39,814 nucleotides of DNA from a virus. Taxonomy: Duplodnaviria; Caudoviricetes. Below, piece by piece: positions 28,548 to 37,341 of the stretch. Numbering within the stretch: position 1 is the first letter of the stretch; the number at the start of each line of letters is the position of its first letter. The position numbers were made by a program, and so were the translations under genes. The notes beneath the pieces were generated by a model, which searched no databases, was not told the origin of the DNA, and saw only the letters and a program-made list of their open reading frames with translations. The DNA is taken from positions 1 through 39,814 of IMG/VR virus record IMGVR_UViG_3300023059_000275; one strand, 5' to 3'.

Positions 28548-28582
28548 AGAAACAGAAAACCCCGCCAGATGGCAGGGTTCTC
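28548..28582 (-). terminator. terminator upstream of holin (tR'-like)
   Basis: Minus strand GAGAACCCTGCC-ATCT-GGCGGGGTTTTCTGTTTCT. Confidence 0.6.
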
Positions 28583-28723
28583 AGTGCACCGAAAGATCGG
28601 GGCGGGTTGCACAGCACGGTGCTTGTAGGGGAAGCGCCTAAGCGCACTTTTCATATCGTGGCGCCTTTTTACCGACTAACTGCAAAACCGAACAGAGGCT
28701 ATTTTCGGTTCGCCACCTTGACG

Positions 28724-29185
28724 CTACTTCGGCGCACCCTCGGCGCAGCCACGGCGCATTCCTACCCGACGAACGGTATTGCTTCGATAAGGTCCGGAAC
28801 GCGCAATGATGATCCTGACCACCTGTAGGTGCAGCGCATCAAGCCAGTTCCAGTATGTGCGCTCAGCATCCTCTGCCAGGCCCAATTCCCTCATCTGCTC
28901 ACGAATTGGAGCACCATGCAGGTAGCGAAATCTAGCCAACCTCGCCAGTACCTCACCTCGATCATCACGGCGCTCCAACTCGGCAACCGCCGCGTCGACC
29001 TCGGCAGCAGCGCGATCCATACCCAAGCCACCTGCCGGGATACTCGATCCAGGTGAACCGCCGCGAGGGGCTGCGCCCTTCCATTGCATGATCGTGCCCA
29101 TCTGGCTCCCCACGCCGGCCTCCAGACCAAAGCGTGCCCGCTGCTCGGCCCAATGGCGCATGAGGTCATCAACATCCTTTTTCAT
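28724..29185 (-). CDS. putative late-gene regulator (Q-like/PA0613-like)
   Basis: DDLMRHWAE N-terminus and C-terminal HTH-like FRY..REQMRELGL..RTY; lies between replication and late genes. Confidence 0.6.
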   Translation of the reverse strand: MKKDVDDLMRHWAEQRARFGLEAGVGSQMGTIMQWKGAAPRGGSPGSSIPAGGLGMDRAAAEVDAAVAELERRDDRGEVLARLARFRYLHGAPIREQMRELGLAEDAERTYWNWLDALHLQVVRIIIARSGPYRSNTVRRVGMRRGCAEGAPK

Positions 29186-29517
29186 GAGTGAAATACCCCG
29201 CAAACCGCAACCCAACACGCATTCAGCCAACCCAACACAGACCCAACACACTTAAAAACCAATGAAATCAATGTATTAATAAAAGGTGTGTTGGGTTTGT
29301 TGGGTTTGTTGGGTATTTCAGTTCTCGCACAGAGTTTTTTTCTGGCAGTGATGCAGGGTTGAGAAATCACGCGCATGCGCGCGCGCACGAAAAAACCCAA
29401 CACACCCAACACAGATTGCCGCCAAACCAATGATTCCGGGGCTTCTGCCTGTGTTGAGTTGGTAAACTGAACCCGACACAAACCCAACACACCCAACACA
29501 CTTATTGATGTAGTCAT
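29182..29517 (-). CDS. hypothetical ORF spanning the origin iterons
   Basis: 111-aa ORF with ATGA overlaps at both ends. Confidence 0.4.
   Translation of the reverse strand: MTTSISVLGVLGLCRVQFTNSTQAEAPESLVWRQSVLGVLGFFVRARMRVISQPCITARKKLCARTEIPNKPNKPNTPFINTLISLVFKCVGSVLGWLNACWVAVCGVFHS
29205..29502. repeat. putative replication origin: CCCAAC(AC) iterons in both orientations
   Basis: About 10 exact or near copies in converging clusters, an AT-rich spacer and an IHF-like AATCAATGTATTA at 29266-29278; downstream of primase-helicase. Confidence 0.75.
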
Positions 29518-32279
29518 GCTGCAAGCACCCTCTTCACATGGTCCCAGCCATCCACGTTCCACCCAGCCAGCTTTGCCCTGGCGCGCCACTCGACGACGTT
29601 CTTGCCCAGCTCGGCCGACTTCATGGATGGGGGCAGGGAAGGATCGCCATCGCTCGGAAAAAAGAATGCAGCGAACCGCCGTTGATTGCCATCAGTCCAC
29701 GGGATGGCCCGCGTCTTCTCAACCTTGGCACTCACCATCAACGAGAATTTTGTTTGGCTCATAGCGTTCTCCCGATTGTGCGAGCACCACTCGATGAACA
29801 TCGCGTAGATGTCCGTGGTCAGGGCGCAGCCCCACAGGCCGTTGCCAAGCTCGCCAGCGCGCCACAGGTAGAAGAAGGTCTGCCAGGCTGTGCGGCTCAG
29901 CTCCACTAGTCGTTGCCTCGCCTCAGTCTTGGGTGGTCGGGTGCGCTGGTTGAACTCGCCTAGGTCAACTTCCAGCAACCAGCCGTACAGCGCCGCAACG
30001 CCGCCATTGGCCAGCTCTTTGCTGATCGCCTTCTGCCGGTCAGGCGGCAGCGTCTCCAAAGGCCACATGACCAGCATGCGGCGGTCGTCCTCGCTGATCG
30101 GCCAGGGCATGATCTCGTTGCTGAGAAACGCCGAGTTCATATGGTTGGATTCTTCCCAGCCGTTGATGAATTTCGACTCCATGCGCACGGTTTTGCCGGT
30201 GATCATGTGCTTGATCTTGCCCACCTGGTTGTAGCGCTGATCGCGACTGACGACTTCCTCAAAAACCGCCCAAAGCTTCCTGCTCTGCCAGGCGTTGAAG
30301 TTGCCCTCCAGCTGCGTCTGCCCCACCGTCGCGCCGTACTGGCCGTAGAGTTCGCCCATCACATCCGCAAACATCAGGCTCTTGCCCGATCCTTCCATCG
30401 TGGAATGGAAAAGCACAGCGGTATCCATCTTCGCGCCCATGTTCTGCAGTGGGTAGGCCAGCCACTTGATTAGCCAGTCCAGCGCCTCGGCATCGTGGTT
30501 GCACAAAAAGCTGATCAGCCAGCGCAGGTTCTCGCACGCTGCGTCGTTGCGAACAGGCTCGAGCGGCAAGCCCTCAAACGTGTTGATGTACACGGCTGGG
30601 TCTTTGGTCATGGTCGGATCAAAGACGATATGGTCGACATCCACCACACGCCGGTCCTGGCTGTTCAGCCACCACTTGTACTCATCGCCCAAAGCCATCT
30701 TGACCGCGCCCTCGGGGATCCGCCGCTTCTTTTCCCGGTCCCATACATCCTTGGTGCCGTCGATGTAGACGTACCGCTCGATGGGGTCCAACTTGAGCGC
30801 GCCGCCCTTCTTCGCTGCCAGGCGCTTTACCTGCTCCAGCTCTTTGACTTGATCGAGTGACACCAGTTTTTTGTCGGTGCGATCAATCCACTGCTTCGCC
30901 AGAGACTTGCCCACCAGCGCTTCAAACCCGGCCCGCTTCATCGACTGCGCCTTGTCGAGATCCCACACGTTGGTCGAGCCTTCCACCAATGCGAACCGCC
31001 GCAGCGCAGCTTTCAACTCCAATCCATCTGCCCCCTCACCCCCTGAGTCCGAGGAGCCGGCCGAGCTGGCCGCTGCTTCGTCCGATGGGGTACGGGGAAG
31101 CTCATCTACCTCACCAGCCGGATCCGTAGCCGCGTCTGCTGGCTCATCGATTGATGGGGCCTGGGGAAGCTCCCCCTGCGGCGGCGGTGTGGGTGGCCGC
31201 GACTTGGCATCGATACCAAGAATCCGCGCCGCCTCTCGGGTAGCCACCCGGCGATCACCGTCATGCACCAGGATGCAATAGACATCGAATGCGTCATTCT
31301 TGTGGCCGTTGCCCAGCGGATCAGAGCTGTGGTGCGAGTACAACTTGCCATCGCTGATGGTGACGCCAGGCAGGCCACTGCTGCTCTGCGGGCAGAGCCA
31401 CTTGCCATCGATCCGCTGGTACCCATGCGCCTCGATCAATGTGGCGATGTCATGCCGGCGATTGAATTCCGGTATGACCTCGGGCAACGGCTGCCCGGAT
31501 CGGACCAATGTAGGCTTCGAGCGCTCAGGTGCCCGAGCGGGTGCCACGACTGATTGGGGGCGCCACGGGCAAACCGCGTCGGCCTGCTGCTTGAACGCAT
31601 CCCACCCCTGCCAGATGGCCAGAAGCTCCGGGGGCAATTCCGGCAGCCCTTCAGCTGAGGGTGGGTTGCGCCAGGTGTATGGTTTGCCGGTGTCGGGGTG
31701 AATCGACGGTGGCAGAACGTCCTGCACCAGACCACCGCGCAGCTCGAACACCGTGATTTTCTTGAACGGCTCTGCTGCCATGCGAAATGCCGCCTCTCGG
31801 GCAGCATCACCTTCATCCATCGCTGCTTTGACCTGGACCATCAAACCTTTGTAGATCTTGCCGTCAGGGTCATTCTGATTGGGCCACACCAAAGAATGAC
31901 GACTCAGCTCAACGCCTGCCGGCACCTTGAACAGGATGCGAAAGCGCAGAGGGTTACCCACTGCCGTCGGATAGACAGCCGCAAGTGCGTCAACATCAAG
32001 ACCCAACGTCTGCTGCAGGGCCAACCGAGTCAGCGGAACATCATCGACATCCAGCGAGCAGACCCGGCTCGGCCCCAGTACAACGCCCAGGTTGTGACCC
32101 GGGTGCTGCTGCCAGAAACCCTCGGCCTCAGAAGCGTCGGTGAAGTAGCCACCCGGCTTGTTCCAACCGCTACCCTTGGGTGCCTTCTCGCCCGGCTCAA
32201 TCGGTACCAGCGCGAGGCCGAAAACGTCGACATAGCGCCGCGCCCACTCGGCCATTGTTGGTGTTGGGCGGTCGGTCAT
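29514..32279 (-). CDS. bifunctional primase-polymerase / SF3 (D5-like) helicase
   Basis: GEKAP..GW, HNLGVVLG, SLDVD and LPPSIHPDTGKPYTW; Walker A EGSGKS, Walker B VFEE, FLSN. Confidence 0.9.
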   Translation of the reverse strand: MTDRPTPTMAEWARRYVDVFGLALVPIEPGEKAPKGSGWNKPGGYFTDASEAEGFWQQHPGHNLGVVLGPSRVCSLDVDDVPLTRLALQQTLGLDVDALAAVYPTAVGNPLRFRILFKVPAGVELSRHSLVWPNQNDPDGKIYKGLMVQVKAAMDEGDAAREAAFRMAAEPFKKITVFELRGGLVQDVLPPSIHPDTGKPYTWRNPPSAEGLPELPPELLAIWQGWDAFKQQADAVCPWRPQSVVAPARAPERSKPTLVRSGQPLPEVIPEFNRRHDIATLIEAHGYQRIDGKWLCPQSSSGLPGVTISDGKLYSHHSSDPLGNGHKNDAFDVYCILVHDGDRRVATREAARILGIDAKSRPPTPPPQGELPQAPSIDEPADAATDPAGEVDELPRTPSDEAAASSAGSSDSGGEGADGLELKAALRRFALVEGSTNVWDLDKAQSMKRAGFEALVGKSLAKQWIDRTDKKLVSLDQVKELEQVKRLAAKKGGALKLDPIERYVYIDGTKDVWDREKKRRIPEGAVKMALGDEYKWWLNSQDRRVVDVDHIVFDPTMTKDPAVYINTFEGLPLEPVRNDAACENLRWLISFLCNHDAEALDWLIKWLAYPLQNMGAKMDTAVLFHSTMEGSGKSLMFADVMGELYGQYGATVGQTQLEGNFNAWQSRKLWAVFEEVVSRDQRYNQVGKIKHMITGKTVRMESKFINGWEESNHMNSAFLSNEIMPWPISEDDRRMLVMWPLETLPPDRQKAISKELANGGVAALYGWLLEVDLGEFNQRTRPPKTEARQRLVELSRTAWQTFFYLWRAGELGNGLWGCALTTDIYAMFIEWCSHNRENAMSQTKFSLMVSAKVEKTRAIPWTDGNQRRFAAFFFPSDGDPSLPPSMKSAELGKNVVEWRARAKLAGWNVDGWDHVKRVLAA

Positions 32280-32488
32280 CTGCGCCGCTCCCGCAGCTCT
32301 TGGCAACTGATGCAGGTTTCGCAGCCTTGAACGAGTTGCTGACGCAGCAGCGGGATGGCGTCGTCGCAGTCTTCGCAGAACTGAGCGCTGGCTTTAACCG
32401 AGCGTTGGGTATGGCGCTGCAGAGCCATCTGCAGGAAGTACTCGGACTGCTCAGCGGCCATGTCGAGTGGATCAGGAACGTTAGCCAT
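32276..32488 (-). CDS. TraR/DksA C4 zinc-finger protein
   Basis: DPLDMA (DxxDxA) and CEDC..IP..R..CISCQ. Confidence 0.9.
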   Translation of the reverse strand: MANVPDPLDMAAEQSEYFLQMALQRHTQRSVKASAQFCEDCDDAIPLLRQQLVQGCETCISCQELRERRR

Positions 32489-32969
32489 TGACCTGATCCT
32501 CCATCGCATTGCGGGCACCGGCGGTGATCGCTAGTACCTGCCGGATCACATCCAGGCCGCACGCTTCCAGTCGCTGGACCTCATGCAGCTCCCATACGTT
32601 GTCCGCAGCGCCTTCGTGCATGCTGCTGACGAACTGAGCAGCCTCCTCGAGCAGATGAGCAACCGCCTTGAGTTGCTCGTTGGTCGCAGGCACCGGCTGC
32701 GGGCGATACCAGACCACCCCTGCCGCCCTGCCCAATGCATCCAGTACGCGCTTGTCAGAAGTCCACTGCAATACCTCTTCAAGCTCGTCTGGATTCAACC
32801 AGCGCCGCTCTTCATCGTGCTTCAACTTCTTCTGCAGGGCATCCAGGTCCATGCCCATATCAAACGCCAGAGTGGTGATGCCGCCTCTGTATTCGCGACC
32901 AGCGCGGTAAAGCGCATGGCGCAGGGAAAGGGCTGGACCGGTGTCCAGCAAGGTATCGATGCGACTCAT
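32481..32969 (-). CDS. CII-like phage regulatory protein
   Basis: YRGGITTLAFDMG..LQKKL HTH; downstream of cro. Confidence 0.75.
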   Translation of the reverse strand: MSRIDTLLDTGPALSLRHALYRAGREYRGGITTLAFDMGMDLDALQKKLKHDEERRWLNPDELEEVLQWTSDKRVLDALGRAAGVVWYRPQPVPATNEQLKAVAHLLEEAAQFVSSMHEGAADNVWELHEVQRLEACGLDVIRQVLAITAGARNAMEDQVNG

Positions 32970-33059
32970 AAACCGTTAAACCTCGATTAACGGTGTAGTC
33001 ACAGGACAGGGTAAGACCTATCCTACAACCACGACCGTACTGTGCTGTGCGTCGTCGTA

Positions 33060-33093
33060 GCTGGACTGGGGAGGTGAGAGGCCCCAGTCCAGC
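33060..33093. other. strong hairpin after cro
   Basis: GCTGGACTGGGG-N10-CCCCAGTCCAGC. Confidence 0.7.
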
Positions 33094-33095
33094 AC

Positions 33096-33320
33096 CTATT
33101 GCTTCTTGAATCTCAAGTAAGCCCAGTCGATGTCCGGTCGAAGCGTTTCACAACTGATCACTCCTCCCGTTTCTCGATCCAGGCAAACAGCCAGACCCGC
33201 GCTAGCGCGGCGATTGCCGTAAGCCACCTGTTTCAACTGGCCAACGGACGTTCCACAGCGCTGAGCGAAAGCCTCTAGCCCTTCCCTGTCCATCGTTTTC
33301 AAGCATTCGCTTAGCGTCAT
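33096..33320 (-). CDS. cro: Cro-like repressor (YdaS family)
   Basis: FAQRCGTSVGQLKQVAYG HTH and LRPDIDW; divergent from cI. Confidence 0.85.
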   Translation of the reverse strand: MTLSECLKTMDREGLEAFAQRCGTSVGQLKQVAYGNRRASAGLAVCLDRETGGVISCETLRPDIDWAYLRFKKQ

Positions 33321-33340
33321 AGGCACCCCCAATGGCGGCG

Positions 33341-33398
33341 AGATTAGCAACTGCTAATCAGCAAGACAATAGCATCTTGTAATTTACTGTTTGCTAAC
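33341..33398. promoter_or_regulatory. OR operators and PR promoter
   Basis: ATTAGCAACTGCTAAT (33343-33358), AATAGCATCTTGTAAT (33368-33383), half-site TGCTAA near 33392; minus strand TTGTCT-N17-TAATCT. Confidence 0.8.
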
Positions 33399-33417
33399 GG
33401 AAAGCAATCATCACCAC

Positions 33418-34122
33418 ATGGATATCAACGAAAAGCGTATCGCCTCCCTCCGCAAGATCATGGGTGCACTGAGCCAGAAGGAATTCGCCGAGGCGCATGA
33501 CCTGGATGCTTCGTACCTGTCACAACTGTTGAACGGCCATCGAAAGCTGGGGGAGAAGGCTGCGTTGAATCTGGAGCTCAAGATCGGGCTCGCTGCAGGG
33601 ACGCTGACATCTCCTCCCTCGGAGGAGCCCTCTACGAAAGCCCCAGACAACGTGGTTCGTCTGCCTACTCGTTTGGCCAAAGACAAGAACTACGTTCTGA
33701 TTCCGCATCTCGACATTGCAGCGTCGATGGGGCACGGCAAGGTAGCCCCCGAAATGTTTATTGAAGTCATCCGCGACATGACCGTGCATCTTGATTGGCT
33801 CAGAATGCAGGGTTTGGCGTTCTCCAATATCGACAACCTCGCGATCATCACCGGTGACGGAGACAGCATGTACGGCACCTTCGCGGATGGTGATGCGCTG
33901 CTGGTTGATCGAGGGATAACCGAGGTCAGAACGGATGCAATCTACGTTTTCGCGCTTGATGGTGATCTCTACATCAAACGCCTGCAGCGCCTGACCGGCG
34001 GACAGCTTAGGATGATTTCAGATAACCCCGTCTACCCGCCCATCATCATCGACGAGTCGATGATTGATCGTATGCACATCCAGGCTCGAGTTCTGCTCGC
34101 CTGGAACGCGAAGAAGCTGTAG
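33418..34122 (+). CDS. cI: CI-like repressor (HTH + S24 peptidase)
   Basis: SQKEFAE..ASYLSQLLNG HTH; GDSM Ser and YIKRL Lys. Confidence 0.92.
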   Translation: MDINEKRIASLRKIMGALSQKEFAEAHDLDASYLSQLLNGHRKLGEKAALNLELKIGLAAGTLTSPPSEEPSTKAPDNVVRLPTRLAKDKNYVLIPHLDIAASMGHGKVAPEMFIEVIRDMTVHLDWLRMQGLAFSNIDNLAIITGDGDSMYGTFADGDALLVDRGITEVRTDAIYVFALDGDLYIKRLQRLTGGQLRMISDNPVYPPIIIDESMIDRMHIQARVLLAWNAKKL

Positions 34123-34180
34123 GTCCATTCCAGCTTTGACCTATCGGCATGCCAGCCGAGAAGCACTCGCGCCCATCTGA

Positions 34181-34223
34181 ATTAGCAGTTGCTATTGATG
34201 AACCAATTAGCTTTTGCTAATTT
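34181..34223 (+). promoter_or_regulatory. OL operators and PL promoter
   Basis: ATTAGCAGTTGCTATT (34181-34196) and ATTAGCTTTTGCTAAT (34206-34221); TTGATG-N17-TAATTT. Confidence 0.82.
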
Positions 34224-34260
34224 AACACCGTGTCACCCTCTCACATAAGGACACGGACCC

Positions 34261-34425
34261 ATGAAATCAGCACAGCACAATGGTCGCGGACTGGTATTAA
34301 TCCATCCCACAGCCTGCAGCAATCTGGCCACGATAAGGGCATTCCAAACCCGCACAGGCTTGAAGGTAATCATTTCCGACACGGGCAAAGCTCACGCAGT
34401 TACCTGCGCCGGGGGTGTGGCATGA
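34261..34425 (+). CDS. small early protein (54 aa), below the ORF-track cutoff
   Basis: AAGGA RBS; MKSAQHNGRGLVLIHPTAC...; stop overlaps the next ATG (ATGA). Confidence 0.7.
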   Translation: MKSAQHNGRGLVLIHPTACSNLATIRAFQTRTGLKVIISDTGKAHAVTCAGGVA

Positions 34426-34931
34426 GCGAGTTCAGCATCCCATTGCAGAAGGTCATGCTGCTGCAGCACATCATCGAGCATGGCGGTACCGCCAGTTGCC
34501 AGCTTCGCCGCCCCGAGATCACGGTAGACGCGCATGTTGCCGTCGAAAATGACGACACCGCCCACCACATCAAAGTGACCCTTGGCGCACTTGCAAGCTC
34601 GATCAGGCTATCCCGGGATCCATCGACCAAATATCAGTCTCTGCGAACCTTCCTAGAGGACATGGCCAATGGTCGGGCCGAGTCCGGATGTCTTTCGGAA
34701 GCAGCAGTCAGCCTGATGGATGCGCAGGAGTCAGTGAACGAAGTGATCCAGCCGGATCAGATCGCTTACGTCATTCACACCATCAACCCTGAGCGTCCAT
34801 ACGGCGCAGTCGTCGCCAATGACCAGGGCGAGGTATGCGCTGCTGCAACCGGATCCAGCAAAGAGCATCTGGTAGAGGCTGTCCGCGCCAAGCTCCGTCT
34901 CTATCAACAAGGGCTTGGCGAGTGCGCATGA
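34422..34931 (+). CDS. hypothetical early protein
   Basis: MSEFSIP...; ATGA-coupled on both sides. Confidence 0.7.
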   Translation: MSEFSIPLQKVMLLQHIIEHGGTASCQLRRPEITVDAHVAVENDDTAHHIKVTLGALASSIRLSRDPSTKYQSLRTFLEDMANGRAESGCLSEAAVSLMDAQESVNEVIQPDQIAYVIHTINPERPYGAVVANDQGEVCAAATGSSKEHLVEAVRAKLRLYQQGLGECA

Positions 34932-35164
34932 ACACGCTTGAGCAACTCCGCGCCCAATGGACGACGCCCTGCCCAACGCTCACTGCAGTGAGGGAGCACT
35001 ACTTCCCCCACATCAGATCGGATCGACGGTTCAGGGAGCTGATTCAAAAAGGGGTGATCAACCTGCCGCTGAAGAAGCTTCACCACTCGGCGAAAGCACA
35101 GCACGTCATCTATCTGCATCACCTCGCTGACTACCTCGACGCGCAAGCGCAGCAGCCAGTCTGA
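34928..35164 (+). CDS. PrtN-family (pyocin activator-like) DNA-binding protein
   Basis: TLEQLRAQW..PTLTAVREHYFPHI..IYLHHLADYLD. Confidence 0.75.
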   Translation: MNTLEQLRAQWTTPCPTLTAVREHYFPHIRSDRRFRELIQKGVINLPLKKLHHSAKAQHVIYLHHLADYLDAQAQQPV

Positions 35165-35252
35165 TCCACGGCGACCCCGGCCAACTGGGGGGGCAAATCA
35201 GCCCGTCGTTGCACTCTCACACAGCGACGGCGGGCACAACGGAGCACAGCAG

Positions 35253-35750
35253 ATGCAACCCCATCAATTTGTTCTTGCCAGCGGCATTCTTTGGTTGGTC
35301 ACTCTGGTCGCCTTGCCTTTCCTGCTCGCTACAGCTCGACGCCGTGCGCATGCCTCCGGCCTCGCAGAAGGCAAGGCGATGAAGGACGCCGCTCACATAC
35401 AACAAATCCGCATGTTTGAGAGGGACATGGCCGACAAGCAGGCAGAGCTGGTCAACGCGCAGAAAGCTTTCACTGCTCACATGGAAGCACGCCGCCAGGT
35501 AATAACGGAGCTGGAAGAGCGGATCATGTCGTACACGGGGCTGGCCGTGACCAAGGCCGACTACGACAACTTGGTCAGCGCTACTTCAACGATGCGTCTG
35601 GCCCAGCGCACTCTGAAAGCTCTCAAGTCCTTACCTCAAGCAGACCGAGCAGCCGACCACGCCGAAGTGCTGGACGGCCTAGCAAAGCGCGTACATGCGC
35701 AACTGCGCGCAACCCCGGCCAGTTCATCCCCTGCAGGGGTCCCAGCATGA
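35253..35750 (+). CDS. hypothetical membrane-anchored coiled-coil protein
   Basis: N-terminal hydrophobic helix followed by a helical region; GGAG RBS. Confidence 0.7.
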   Translation: MQPHQFVLASGILWLVTLVALPFLLATARRRAHASGLAEGKAMKDAAHIQQIRMFERDMADKQAELVNAQKAFTAHMEARRQVITELEERIMSYTGLAVTKADYDNLVSATSTMRLAQRTLKALKSLPQADRAADHAEVLDGLAKRVHAQLRATPASSSPAGVPA

Positions 35751-36055
35751 CGACCCACAGACACAATTGGTACACGTCCGAGGGCTACGACGGCGGCCTT
35801 CACCACTGCCGCAAATGCGACCGCAGCCACCAAGGACCCCGACCAAAGGCCCATGACTGCCCAATGTCGGACGCAGAGCACAGCGCTGTTGCCTGGCTCG
35901 GCCCGGCTGGGCTTTACCGAACTCGGCTGGATGCCGTGCAAAACGGAGAGCAGCGCTTCGAGCCTGTATCTGCGGACCAACTTTTCACGTATGCACGAGC
36001 CTTAGTACAAATGCAGATCAACGCGCGCCCCGGCCATGACGGAGACTTACCGTGA
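35747..36055 (+). CDS. hypothetical protein with Cys/His cluster
   Basis: HNW..CRKC..C pattern; ATGA overlap. Confidence 0.6.
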   Translation: MTTHRHNWYTSEGYDGGLHHCRKCDRSHQGPRPKAHDCPMSDAEHSAVAWLGPAGLYRTRLDAVQNGEQRFEPVSADQLFTYARALVQMQINARPGHDGDLP

Positions 36056-36240
36056 ACACAGTCACCCGTTACGCGCCTGAGGTTAGAACCCCCAACGGCA
36101 TGCAGCCCCTGCTTCGACCAGCAATGTCGGCGATTTGCGATTTGTGCGGAAAGTCTCGAACTCGCACAGGTGGCAACGATAAGTGCTCCAAAATCCGCCA
36201 GGCGGCGGGATTCATCATCAGCGGGAGAAGAAAGGCATGA
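36052..36240 (+). CDS. small hypothetical protein (CxxC)
   Basis: ICDLCGKSR..KCSKIRQ; GTGA/ATGA overlaps. Confidence 0.6.
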   Translation: MNTVTRYAPEVRTPNGMQPLLRPAMSAICDLCGKSRTRTGGNDKCSKIRQAAGFIISGRRKA

Positions 36241-36512
36241 AAACGGCCTTCGTATTGATGGCGCAATACAACGGTCTGGCGATCATCTCGCTCGAGCAAG
36301 TATGCGCCGATTATTTCACGCACCTCACCCCACTGGTCTTTCAACGCAAGGTACTGGCGGGCGAGATTAAGCTGCCCATCACCCGACTCGAACCGAGTCA
36401 GAAAAGCGCCCGGGGTATCCACATTTCTGATCTAGCTCTGTACCTGGACCATCAACGGGATGCTGCTCGCAAAGAGTGTGCACAACTGAACAAGACGCTA
36501 CGACCACGCTAA
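36237..36512 (+). CDS. PrtN-family protein, possible excisionase
   Basis: MKTAFVLMAQY..VCADYF..SQKSARGIHISDLALYLD; last early gene before the int region. Confidence 0.8.
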   Translation: MKTAFVLMAQYNGLAIISLEQVCADYFTHLTPLVFQRKVLAGEIKLPITRLEPSQKSARGIHISDLALYLDHQRDAARKECAQLNKTLRPR

Positions 36513-36610
36513 CCGGGAAATTGCAGCGCACTGGATATGTGTTTATCCTCCTCATCGACAAACTGCTTGTATTCGACCCGGTCAGCCTTACTTTCGTCTC
36601 CACACTGCGC

Positions 36611-36643
36611 CGATAGTCGCCTACAATGAGCGGCTATCGACCC
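36611..36643. repeat. palindrome at left cargo boundary
   Basis: CGATAGTCGC-N9-GCGGCTATCG followed by ACCC. Confidence 0.6.
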
Positions 36644-36680
36644 ACTATGGATTTCGAGAATCTAAAACAAAGGATTGGGC

Positions 36681-37341
36681 ATGAAAGTAATAAAGTATAT
36701 AATTTTCTTCGGCGTGACTATCATATCTTTAGCGTACTACTTAATCCCAGCTGAAACAATCAGCAAGATAGCTGCTCCCAATTGGGCGGATATCGTGTCT
36801 GCTGCGATTGCTCTACTGGGCTTGATGCTGGCCTTTACGACTTATGCAAACTGGCACTCCGGAAAAATAAAAGAAGATGCATACAACTCGGTTAAACGAT
36901 ACGCATCGTTATTAGCGGAAGTTGAAGACACAATAAATGAAGTGCATTACGACATAAGCGGCATAACACCACTAGATCCAAATCTTGTAGTCCAGAAAAA
37001 AAAAGGCGCTCGAGATAATCGAAAAATTAGGCGACGCTATTGGCACTACAGGCTCGATAATTAAAAAACTTCATACCGCTAGGTCGGAGCTTTCTTTCTG
37101 GGGAGCATCACTTAAGCCAGACGCTGAAGCCATACATCAAAATCTGATGTTCAAATTGCATGAATATATAACTCTTCATTTTCAACATCTCAACTTACTC
37201 GGCGCCTACTACGACGGGCAGATAACTGACGAGCCAGTTCTTGCCAACTACAAAGACCTTCACACCTGCGCAAATGAAATGCATTTGATCTTCATAGAGC
37301 GAAAAAAAACACGCATTCAAAACCTGTTTAAATTTGAATAA
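36681..37341 (+). pseudogene. membrane protein gene frameshifted at an A9 tract
   Basis: Two N-terminal TM helices. Removing one A from 36996-37004 joins ORFs 36681-37064 and 37147-37341 into one 219-aa frame. Confidence 0.8.

Noticed and set aside
29205-29502. Short repeats as a CRISPR array
   Set aside because: Repeats are about 8 bp, in both orientations, irregularly spaced, with no cas genes; they fit origin iterons.
4520-32990. Many long + strand ORFs (e.g. 6501-7637, 21077-22171, 11313-12176)
   Set aside because: Antisense shadows of GC-rich phage genes with no recognisable motifs.
34230-34421. GTG-started extension of the 233-aa ORF
   Set aside because: Better explained by the separate 54-aa gene at 34261 with its own RBS and ATGA coupling.
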